Source: Candidatus Poribacteria bacterium (GTDB taxonomy: Bacteria > Poribacteria > WGA-4E > WGA-3G). Taken from it: a DNA stretch of 64,000 nt. This document shows, one piece after another, positions 51,998-60,150 of this stretch. Location of the stretch: assembly GCA_965215265.1 (NCBI GenBank), contig OZ244048.1, positions 96,001 to 160,000 on the forward strand, written 5' to 3'. Every line of letters starts with the position of its first letter. Position 1 is the stretch's first letter. Made by a program: the position numbers and the translations under genes. The notes beneath the pieces were generated by a model. The model was given only the letters and a program-made list of their open reading frames with translations, did no database searches and was not told where the DNA came from.

Positions 51998-53134
51998 CTA
52001 TCTACCTCCCGGAATTACTGCCACGTAAACTTGAGAATGCCCGGAAACGTCTGAGGTATACACAACCGCTGTTTCATCAGGACTAAAAGACGGGTGCGGA
52101 TGTGTCCATTGCGGTCCGTAGACGGTGTCGACCTTCATCTCCATCCAGCTGAGTGCCTGTTCTCTATCCGATGCCTGTTGCGCTGCGGCCCAATCCTCTG
52201 CGAGCGCGTACCGGTCAGTTTTCCATTGACTACCGCTTGAGGAGCTGTGCGGATAACAGATGGGCCTATGTTCTCCTGTTTCTACATCTACCAACCTTAA
52301 ACCGATATCTGGATGCACGGTATCACATAAAATCTTGGTGCCGTCGCGATTGCTGGCAATGTGCCATGCATTGAAATCGGCAATTGTCTGCATCTGGAGC
52401 GTTTCCAACGAGATGCACCGGAGCGCATAGGGCCAGTAAGTTACAATCAGTTCGTCTTTGTTGCCGAGGAACGTTTCGTGAACGAGAAATTCGTTATTGT
52501 CGTGTTGATAGAGCATCCGGTTTTCGGTGCCGTCGCGTCTGATAGTCCACATCCGTGGTGCTGGATCGCCGGAATAGGCGATGAGGTCTGCATGTTTGGG
52601 ATGGAACTGTGGATGGATAATTGTCTGCGTTGGAGAAGTATAGATAACCTCACCGCCGCTTCCATCGGTTGCTGTGACAGTGATGTGTGATTTGTCGTCG
52701 CGCTTCATTGCAGTGACAATGAACCGTTCATCGGCACTGACGCTACATTCACCGAGGCTGCTGCTGGGGAATGTTGCGAGTGTCCTTTCTGCCAACGTAT
52801 CCAACTCAATTGCCTTGATAGTAGGGCCTTGGGTGTAAAAAAGCTGAGTGCCGTCTTTGGCAATCACAGCAGAGTATCCGTGGATGTCATCAGCATCGGT
52901 GAGCTGCACGATATCGCCATCGGGAAACGCGACCTGAAAAAAGTTGGGTTTCCCCGAACGGTAAGAGGTAAAAATTACAGCCGTTTGGTCGGGTGTGAAC
53001 GAGGATGTGAGGAAATAGAGGTTGTGGTTAATAGATGTATCGTTGGTGAGTTGATAGCTCCGCGCCCCCGTTTCGGAATCTGTAAATTCTCTCAGTTCTG
53101 ATGGATGAACGGTGGCTTTTCCGTACTTTGCCAT
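51998..53134 (-). CDS. Oligogalacturonate lyase (Ogl)-family / TolB-like beta-propeller
   Basis: DSETGA..QLT, HNLYF..SFTPD, HPQFHP, HETF, HPHPSFSPD..VYTSD. Start MAKY after AGGAG. Confidence 0.8.
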   Translation of the reverse strand: MAKYGKATVHPSELREFTDSETGARSYQLTNDTSINHNLYFLTSSFTPDQTAVIFTSYRSGKPNFFQVAFPDGDIVQLTDADDIHGYSAVIAKDGTQLFYTQGPTIKAIELDTLAERTLATFPSSSLGECSVSADERFIVTAMKRDDKSHITVTATDGSGGEVIYTSPTQTIIHPQFHPKHADLIAYSGDPAPRMWTIRRDGTENRMLYQHDNNEFLVHETFLGNKDELIVTYWPYALRCISLETLQMQTIADFNAWHIASNRDGTKILCDTVHPDIGLRLVDVETGEHRPICYPHSSSSGSQWKTDRYALAEDWAAAQQASDREQALSWMEMKVDTVYGPQWTHPHPSFSPDETAVVYTSDVSGHSQVYVAVIPGGR

Positions 53135-53380
53135 GGGCTTATGACTCCTCATAATTTAAAATTACGTATCGGTATATTAGCAAAGTGTCAGTTTGTGTGC
53201 AATAAAAAAAATGATTCGGAAGGACAGGATCGGGCTGTCAATAATTTCTCATTTACCCCCATTTTTTTTGAAGTTTTGTGGTGAAAGGTTTTTGTTTAGA
53301 AAAGTGTGAGAAAAGCCGTGGGTTAGAGATACCCGAAACGGGGAAATCCAACATCTATGATAACGTGTTTTCAAGACATC

Positions 53381-53448
53381 TTCGCAGCAGCCTTTATTGT
53401 GCACTTGTAGACGAAAAAATGCCTTTATTGGGCTGCAGTAGACGAGAG
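53381..53448 (-). repeat. Two tandem truncated arms of the palindromic repeat family
   Basis: Reverse complement reads TCGTCTACTGCAGCCCAATAAAGGC-ATTTT-TTCGTCTACAAGTGCACAATAAAGGCTGCTGC, matching the left arm of 21847 and 19962. Confidence 0.85.
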
Positions 53449-53452
53449 AACG

Positions 53453-53640
53453 TTACTTGCGAATCAACATCTTGGGTGTAGCGGTGAAGTCCCCAGCGGT
53501 GAGCGTGTAAGTAGACCTCGCTCGCCACCGGCTCCCCGACGGCGTTCTGGCCATCCCAATACGCCGCACGTGCCCGAGTCCGGTAAAACTCTGCCTGCTG
53601 ATGCCCGAACGCTAGTGTGCGGACGAGCGTGCCGTGTGCA
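53453..53640 (-). pseudogene. Orphan frameshifted C-terminal FlgD-Ig / T9SS type-A-sorting-like domain remnant
   Basis: Hand translation: HGTLVRTLAFGHQQAEFYRTRARAAYWDGQNAVGEPVASEVY-(frameshift)-YTLTAGDFTATPKMLIRK*. Not in the ORF track. Confidence 0.85.
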
Positions 53641-53698
53641 AACAGGGGACGATTCCGCCGTGTGCGAGTAGGCGTTGGGTTGTCTCAGCGGCACCACT

Positions 53699-54622
53699 TT
53701 ATTCGGTGAAGTGCTGCATGAACGTCTCAAGGTTCTCAGCGGTGGCGGCGGCTTGGCATAACTGCTTGAGGTGCTCGATGTCTTGGACGGCTTCCAGAGA
53801 CGGTTTTAAGAGGTGCACCGCCCCAGGATGGAAGCGCGTCTCAAGGATATCTAAGATAGCCTCGATGTGTCCTTTAGCGCGTCCTTGTTCTATACCTTGT
53901 TCTATACCTTGCTCTATACCTTGCTCTATACCTTGCGCGATAAATTCATCGCGTAACAGTTGGAAATACTTCGATTCTCGCATCAGTCCCTCCGGTATCA
54001 GACGTTTGAAAAGCGACGCGTCATGCACAATACCCCCGAAAACCGACAGCGCACACAGTAAATCCCCTTGCGCCCCCTCATCCAAATCCGTACCTGTCGT
54101 CGCGGTTATACATCTTTGAAGCCAAGCCGCTGACTCCAAACCTTCAGGCGGTTTCATCAACGGCGTGAGCGGCAACAGCCCAGGCGCAGCCAACGCCAAA
54201 ATAGATTCACCTGCTACTTCTATCAGACGGATAACCTTATACCGCAACCGATAGGCGTAGCCACACAGACTATATTCATACACACCCTCATCCCTTCGCC
54301 CCGCTGACGGATGGAAATACAGCACATTCGAATACACCGGCAGCTGGTATTCCCCGAGCAGATAGCCGTGATACGCTGCGTTTCGTGCCCACATCGGTTT
54401 GGGTGTGCTATCTCGCACCTGCAACTCTATGTGTAGGATAGCCTCTTCGTTATCAATACGGATACGCTTGGTGCTATCGACACGCTGCCCGATAACCACC
54501 TGTTGTTCCGTGTCAAGGTTTTCAAGCACCTGAACATTGTCCACCCCGAGTATAAACCGTGAGATGTCGTCGGCATGCTCCGTCAACAGCTCTTTTGCCA
54601 TATTATCATAGTCTTGTGCCAT
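53699..54622 (-). CDS. Rpn/YhgA-like PD-(D/E)XK nuclease (transposase_31-related)
   Basis: YDNMAKELL, RVDS, ILHIELQ, LPVYSNVLY, LLPLTPLM, MRES..Q, (IEQG)x4, ILETRF. Confidence 0.88.
   Translation of the reverse strand: MAQDYDNMAKELLTEHADDISRFILGVDNVQVLENLDTEQQVVIGQRVDSTKRIRIDNEEAILHIELQVRDSTPKPMWARNAAYHGYLLGEYQLPVYSNVLYFHPSAGRRDEGVYEYSLCGYAYRLRYKVIRLIEVAGESILALAAPGLLPLTPLMKPPEGLESAAWLQRCITATTGTDLDEGAQGDLLCALSVFGGIVHDASLFKRLIPEGLMRESKYFQLLRDEFIAQGIEQGIEQGIEQGIEQGRAKGHIEAILDILETRFHPGAVHLLKPSLEAVQDIEHLKQLCQAAATAENLETFMQHFTE
53883..53936. repeat. 12-bp coding tandem repeat (IEQG x4)
   Basis: CCTTG(T/C)TCTATA x4 plus a partial unit. Confidence 0.95.
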
Positions 54623-54628
54623 AAAGTT

Positions 54629-54658
54629 ATTATACACCAATGTGTTGAAAAAAGTCAA
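54629..54658 (-). promoter_or_regulatory. Promoter giving a probably leaderless rpn transcript
   Basis: TTGACT (54658-54653) - 18 nt - TATAAT (54634-54629); ATG 6 nt downstream; no SD sequence. Confidence 0.6.
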
Positions 54659-54661
54659 GTA

Positions 54662-54693
54662 TTTGTATATTCGTATATTTCAGCCCATCAACC
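54662..54693 (+). repeat. Outer-end fragment(s) of the palindromic repeat family
   Basis: TTTGTATA-TTCGTATATTTCAGCCCATCAAC versus TTCGTATATTTCAGCCCCATCAA at 33382. Confidence 0.75.
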
Positions 54694-54842
54694 GCTGATG
54701 TGGCAGGATAGGTATTCTTTCTCTGTCCTCAAGGACAGTGGCAGGATAGGTATTCTGCCACTTTTCTCACAAACAAACCTAACAATATCAGACACAGACG
54801 ACTCTCAAAAAAAATGGTGGTAAGCGAGGTCAATAATTTGTC

Positions 54843-54871
54843 TTGACAGAAATCTCTGAAAATTATATACT
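54843..54871 (+). promoter_or_regulatory. Sigma70 promoter of the YCF48-TolC-MFP operon
   Basis: TTGACA (54843-54848) - 17 nt - TATACT (54866-54871). Confidence 0.7.
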
Positions 54872-54990
54872 ATGATTAACAGCATCTTTTTATTGTATCT
54901 TGTGTGGTTCGGCACGAGAATTCATGTTTTCAATCTAATCGATTACATCGTAGATTGAAATTGCAGTGTACTCATACGCAGGAGGAAATG

Positions 54991-56877
54991 ATGAAACGGA
55001 GAATAAAAATATTAGGGTTGGTGGTGGCGCTGCTGATACTTTGTGCTGCCCCGCATACGTTTGCACAAAAAACATGGCAGAAGATTAGTGAATCAAAGTG
55101 GAATGCTGATTTCTCAGATATCTTTTTTGTAGATGGGCAGCACGGGTGGATTGTCGGGAGCCATTCAACGATTCTTCACTCCGCCGATGGTGGGCAATCC
55201 TGGGAGCAGCAACCGAGTCAACCGTTACCTTTTGATATTGAATTGAAAAAGGTTCGGTTTATCGATCCGAAGACAGGCTGGGCTGTCGGAGACAATGGGA
55301 CGGTCCTGAAAACAACTGATGGCGGCAAGACGTGGATGAAAAAGAGTACGGACACACGCACCGCTTTGTTAGCAGTCTCTTTTGCCGATGCGCAGCATGG
55401 ATGGGCGAGTGGCGATGGTGGTCTGATCATTAGTACGACAAATGGCGGCACAACGTGGACAAAACAAACTATCGAGACGAATAACACCGTAGAAGGCATT
55501 CATTTTATCAATCCACAAGTCGGCTGGGCAGCCGGTGGTGGCGGAACGCTCCTCTATACAACGGACGGTGGACAAACCTGGGAATTCCAGACGAGCGCGA
55601 CGGTGAATACATTGGATGCCATCTTTATGCTGAATGAGAACGCGGGTTGGGCAGTCGGCTCTGGCGGTGCTGTCGTAGCAACAGCAGATGGGTCGAAGTG
55701 GGAGGTACAGGAAAGCAGTGTTCCGAACTCTAACGGCATGCCTGAACCGATTTGGGATGTCCATTTTGCTGATGAAATGTTAGGGCTCGCAGCTGCGGAG
55801 TTCGGTGTCATTTTGCGGACGACAGACGGGGGCAAAACGTGGAAGCCCCATGAACCGAGACCCGTCGCAGCACGGTTAACAGGCGTTCACATGATGAACA
55901 ACCAGGAGGCCTGGATAGTTGGGAATGCTTCAACGATTTTACACAGTAAGGATGGCGGAGAGACGTGGGATGTGATTTCTAACTTGAGTAAGTTGCGGGC
56001 GGGTACCTTTTATAATGATCAGCTCGGGTGGGCAGTTGGTTTGTCTGGGACTGTTTTACATACGAACGATGGTGGCGAAACATGGAAGCCCCAAAATAGC
56101 GGAAACGTCTTTGAACTTTTCGGAGTGGGGTTTGTCAGTGAAAGCAAAGGCTACATCGTCGGGAGTAATGCTGCACTGGTGGAAACAGAAGACAGCGGGC
56201 AAACTTGGGCAGGCGTAAGCGACCCGCGCGATGAGGGACACGGCACCGTCAAACGGATTGTTTTTGAAGGACCGATGAGCTGGCGCGGGGCGATGGGCTC
56301 TTATGGACTCAGTTTCGGTACGCCGACACACGGTTGGGCTGTCGGTGAGACCGGCAGGATTATGCACACTAGTGATGGCGGGCAGACCTGGGTCAGCCAA
56401 GAATGTGACCCGATGATGACTGGGGCAGGATTTAATAATCTGTACGGTGTACATTTCATTGATGGAAAAACCGGATGGATAGTGGGGGATGCAGGAACCA
56501 TCGCGAAAACAAACGATGGCGGAGAGACGTGGGCGACAATGCTAAAGGGTGCTGCCTTAAAAGATGTTTATGCCGTTAACCCGATGCTCGCCTGGATTGC
56601 CGGAGAACAAGGCACTATCATGGCTACCGTTGATGGCGGTACCGAGTGGATTGAACAGACAGTTCCAACGGCAGCGAACCTCAACGGTATCCTCTTTATT
56701 AATGAAAAAGAGGGCTGGGCTGTTGGTGAAAATGGCACAATTCTCCACACCACGGATAGCGGTGTAACCTGGGTAACGCAACCCTCACCAACAACGAATC
56801 ATCTTTATGATATCATTCAAACACCAAACGGTCAGCTATGGGCTATTGGGGATTCAACCACAATTCTGCGTTACTAA
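54991..56877 (+). CDS. Secreted YCF48/BNR (Asp-box) repeat double beta-propeller
   Basis: Signal peptide; about 13 repeats of 'F.D...GW.VG..G.IL.T.DGG.TW'; GGAGG RBS. Confidence 0.92.
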   Translation: MKRRIKILGLVVALLILCAAPHTFAQKTWQKISESKWNADFSDIFFVDGQHGWIVGSHSTILHSADGGQSWEQQPSQPLPFDIELKKVRFIDPKTGWAVGDNGTVLKTTDGGKTWMKKSTDTRTALLAVSFADAQHGWASGDGGLIISTTNGGTTWTKQTIETNNTVEGIHFINPQVGWAAGGGGTLLYTTDGGQTWEFQTSATVNTLDAIFMLNENAGWAVGSGGAVVATADGSKWEVQESSVPNSNGMPEPIWDVHFADEMLGLAAAEFGVILRTTDGGKTWKPHEPRPVAARLTGVHMMNNQEAWIVGNASTILHSKDGGETWDVISNLSKLRAGTFYNDQLGWAVGLSGTVLHTNDGGETWKPQNSGNVFELFGVGFVSESKGYIVGSNAALVETEDSGQTWAGVSDPRDEGHGTVKRIVFEGPMSWRGAMGSYGLSFGTPTHGWAVGETGRIMHTSDGGQTWVSQECDPMMTGAGFNNLYGVHFIDGKTGWIVGDAGTIAKTNDGGETWATMLKGAALKDVYAVNPMLAWIAGEQGTIMATVDGGTEWIEQTVPTAANLNGILFINEKEGWAVGENGTILHTTDSGVTWVTQPSPTTNHLYDIIQTPNGQLWAIGDSTTILRY

Positions 56878-56965
56878 CTCCGCCTAAGCGAGACAGTTTA
56901 ACCATGTATCCTAATGCTTATTGGCGCAGCTGCTTGGCTGCGCCTTTGAGGAGGAAGCACCGTTA

Positions 56966-58369
56966 ATGAATAGATTACGGTTCTGTTGTCTGATGGCAAT
57001 AGGAACCTTTTTATTAGTTTTGACAGACTTTGGGGGCGTTATAGCGCAAGAGGTGAGCGTTTTAACGTTAGCAGAAAGCATTGAAGTTGCCAAACAGAGC
57101 AATCTGACGATTCAGGCTGCCGAGGAGAACCTTAAAGCCGCTGAGGCACAGGTTCGCGTTGCTCGTGCTGGACTTTTGCCTCGCGTTACAGCCGATAGCA
57201 ACTATACCTATTTCAAAGACATCCAAACTTCTGTGATTCAAGCCGGCGGGGGATTTCAACTCCCTATGCCCGGGGGTGAAGAGGAGATGGAACAATCGCC
57301 CCCACCGCCGAGTGCTGACAATGAATCAGAGTTGATTGAATTGGAATTTGGCGCGCACCATAATTTTCAAGGCGGGGTGAGACTCACGCAACCGGTCTTT
57401 GCATGGGGACGTTACTACTATGCATATCAGGCTGCAAAACTGAATTATGAAGCAACAGAAAAAGAATTAAGAGCTGCCTATAATCAACTCCGCTTAGATG
57501 TATCTCAGGCATTCTATCGGGTTTTAGTGGCAGAAGAGTTTGTGAGAGTGGCGCAGCAAAGCGTTAGGTTGGTTGAAGAGCAGTTAGAAATCGCACAAAC
57601 CACCTTTGCAACAGGCACCGCGACTAACTTTGATGTCCTCCGTGCAAAGGTCCAGTTGGCAAACGCAAAGTCTCAGTTGGTTCAAGCGAAAAACAGCGTT
57701 AGAACCGCGAAAGATTTGTATAAAACCCTTCTTAATATCCCCCTCGGTGAAGAAGTAAAAATTCAAGGCGCTCTTGAAATACCAGAGGTTGTCCTTCAGT
57801 TGGATGCCTTAATACAACGTGCTTATGAAAATCGGCCGGATATCCAACGTTCTAAATTAAACGAGCACGCTCTACAAAAACAGGTGGATGTCGCAAAATC
57901 GCGCAGTAGACCTGATTTAAATTTTTTCACTAATTATCAAATTTCACATAGCGAAAGACTCACACGCATGAACCGTATCTGGAGCCTCGGATTCCAAATT
58001 AACATCCCGATTTTCGACGGGTTTGCGACACGAGCGACAGTGCAGCAAACCGAATCTGTGCTCAAACAAGCAGAATTAGGGAGTCAGCAACTCACATCGG
58101 CAGTAGAATTTGAGGTGCGCTCGGCATACTTGAGTCTGCTTGAGGCACAAACCTTGATTGAGGTACAGCGTGAAACCGTTGCACAGGCGCATGAGAGTGT
58201 CCGCATCGCAAATCTTCAGTTTGAAAACGGCATGATTACGACGGTTGCCTTAACAGATACGCAGCTTGCTCTGGCACAAGCTGAAATCAGCCGCCTCCGT
58301 GCATATCACGATTATGCCATCGGTTTGGCGCAGTTAGAAAAAGCAGTCGGAGCTCCGCTGTCAGAATAG
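56966..58369 (+). CDS. TolC-family outer membrane efflux protein
   Basis: LTLAESIEVA, ARAGLLP, LTQPVF, NRPDI, INIPIFDGF, LEKAVG; GAGGAGG RBS. Confidence 0.92.
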   Translation: MNRLRFCCLMAIGTFLLVLTDFGGVIAQEVSVLTLAESIEVAKQSNLTIQAAEENLKAAEAQVRVARAGLLPRVTADSNYTYFKDIQTSVIQAGGGFQLPMPGGEEEMEQSPPPPSADNESELIELEFGAHHNFQGGVRLTQPVFAWGRYYYAYQAAKLNYEATEKELRAAYNQLRLDVSQAFYRVLVAEEFVRVAQQSVRLVEEQLEIAQTTFATGTATNFDVLRAKVQLANAKSQLVQAKNSVRTAKDLYKTLLNIPLGEEVKIQGALEIPEVVLQLDALIQRAYENRPDIQRSKLNEHALQKQVDVAKSRSRPDLNFFTNYQISHSERLTRMNRIWSLGFQINIPIFDGFATRATVQQTESVLKQAELGSQQLTSAVEFEVRSAYLSLLEAQTLIEVQRETVAQAHESVRIANLQFENGMITTVALTDTQLALAQAEISRLRAYHDYAIGLAQLEKAVGAPLSE

Positions 58370-58403
58370 TTCTAAATCAACGTCTAAAAAGGAGAAAACG
58401 GAA

Positions 58404-60017
58404 TTGAAAAAAGTATGGATTGGCATTATAGTACTACTGATAATAGGGGTTATTATCGTGATAAGGTTTCAGGAACCGGATACGCCGGTAGAGGAACTGC
58501 CAGAAACTGTAATCCTTAAGCCGGTGGAGGTTACAAAAGCCAAACGGGGTGAAATTCGTTCGGAACTTGAGTTATCAGGAACAATTGAAGCAGAGGCACA
58601 GGTCAGTGTATTTCCCAAAATTTCCGGACGCATCATCTCACTTTCCATAGATGAAGGGAATAGGGTGAAAAAAGGCGATGTGTTAGCAATTATTGAGCAT
58701 GAGGAGCTGGAGTTGGCTGTACAACAGGCAGAGGCGACGTTGGAAGCCGCTGAAAGCGCCTACAAGCAGACGAAGCTGCTCGCAGAAGTCCGCGTCAGGG
58801 CACAGATTGCACAAGCGCAGGCCCAATTTGATGCGGCGACAAGCTCACTCCAACAAGTGGAAGACCTCTCTGAAATCCGGGCGGTGACACAGATCGAACA
58901 AGCAGAAGCCGGATTGGACGCCCTTGTCGCCAATCTTCAAAAAATTAAGAGCGGTGCGCGCAGCGAAGACCGGCAGCAAGCACGTGCGGCTCTGAACCAA
59001 GCTGAGGCAAATCTCGAAAACGCCAAGCGCAACTATGCTCGTATGGAGAAACTCTTTCAAAACGGTGCGATTAGCGAACAGTCACTTGAAAGCACCAAGA
59101 CGCAGTTAGACATTTCGAAAGCACAACATAAGATTGCCTCAGAACAACTTCAACTGATTGATAACGGTTCAAGGATTGAGGATATCCAAGCGGTGGAAGC
59201 ACAAGTTGAACAAGCCTCTGCGGTTCTAAGATTAGCGCAAACGCAGGCGGCGACGCGAACGTGGGAAAAGGACATCGCGCTCGCCGAGGCACAAGTTGAA
59301 ACGGCACGGGCGGCCCTCACCTCGGCGCGAGCCTTAGAGAACGCTAAAAGTTGGGAGGGAGAAATTACGACTGCGAGAACGACTAGAACGCAAGCACACG
59401 TGGCTTTGAAGCTTGCACAGAAACGCCTACGGGATGCGACGATTACCGCCCCAATTACAGGCGTTGTCTCACAACGTTACCTTGAATTGGGCAGCATGGC
59501 GGCCCCTACAGCACCGATATTTGAGATTGTTGATATTGACACGCTCAAAACCACCGTTGAGGTAATTGAGGCACAGTTAAGCCAATTGTCAGTAGATCAG
59601 TCGGCAAGCGTGGAGATTGATGGGATAAGTACGCCTCTCTCCTCTAGAGTGGCGTTTATCAGTCCTACAATACAGCCGACGCGCCGCACGGCAACTGTAG
59701 AATTTCAGATTGAGAATCCAGATAGCAGGCTTAAACCGGGCATGTTCGCCAAAGTCACCGTGCCGATTAAGGTTAACGCCGATGCAATTCTAATTTCACG
59801 TTCTGCACTGATTGAAAACAGTGATGCACAGCAACGCGGGGCGCGCTCCGTTTTTGTAATTGAAAACGGTATGAGCCAGCGACGTGCCGTGCAGATTGGG
59901 CTTTTAAAAGAAGGATTGGCTGAAATCCTCAGTGGGCTCGCAGAAGGCGAAGCGGTTGTTACTGCAGGACAGCATTCTCTCAAAGATGGCGAGAACGTTA
60001 CAGTCGTCAATCCGTAG
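58404..60017 (+). CDS. Efflux periplasmic adaptor (MFP) with very long alpha-hairpin
   Basis: N-terminal TM; PKISGRI..EGNRVKKGDVL, ITAPITGVV, LKPGMFA, GLAEGEAVV; TTG start after AGGAG. Confidence 0.92.
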   Translation: MKKVWIGIIVLLIIGVIIVIRFQEPDTPVEELPETVILKPVEVTKAKRGEIRSELELSGTIEAEAQVSVFPKISGRIISLSIDEGNRVKKGDVLAIIEHEELELAVQQAEATLEAAESAYKQTKLLAEVRVRAQIAQAQAQFDAATSSLQQVEDLSEIRAVTQIEQAEAGLDALVANLQKIKSGARSEDRQQARAALNQAEANLENAKRNYARMEKLFQNGAISEQSLESTKTQLDISKAQHKIASEQLQLIDNGSRIEDIQAVEAQVEQASAVLRLAQTQAATRTWEKDIALAEAQVETARAALTSARALENAKSWEGEITTARTTRTQAHVALKLAQKRLRDATITAPITGVVSQRYLELGSMAAPTAPIFEIVDIDTLKTTVEVIEAQLSQLSVDQSASVEIDGISTPLSSRVAFISPTIQPTRRTATVEFQIENPDSRLKPGMFAKVTVPIKVNADAILISRSALIENSDAQQRGARSVFVIENGMSQRRAVQIGLLKEGLAEILSGLAEGEAVVTAGQHSLKDGENVTVVNP

Positions 60018-60150
60018 TCAATTTTCGTTGGAGCAAAGCTCGCGTCCGCATTTCATTAGAGACATTTTGGCCATTTCGAAAAAAAACTTGACTCAAGCAT
60101 CGGGGTACTGTAGCATGAGATAACATCGCCGATTAGAAACCCAATCATGG

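Noticed and set aside
53634-54119. Plus-strand ORF with CSIP repeats
   Set aside because: Antisense shadow of the IEQG repeat in rpn. The other short overlapping ORFs in the track were likewise treated as shadows.
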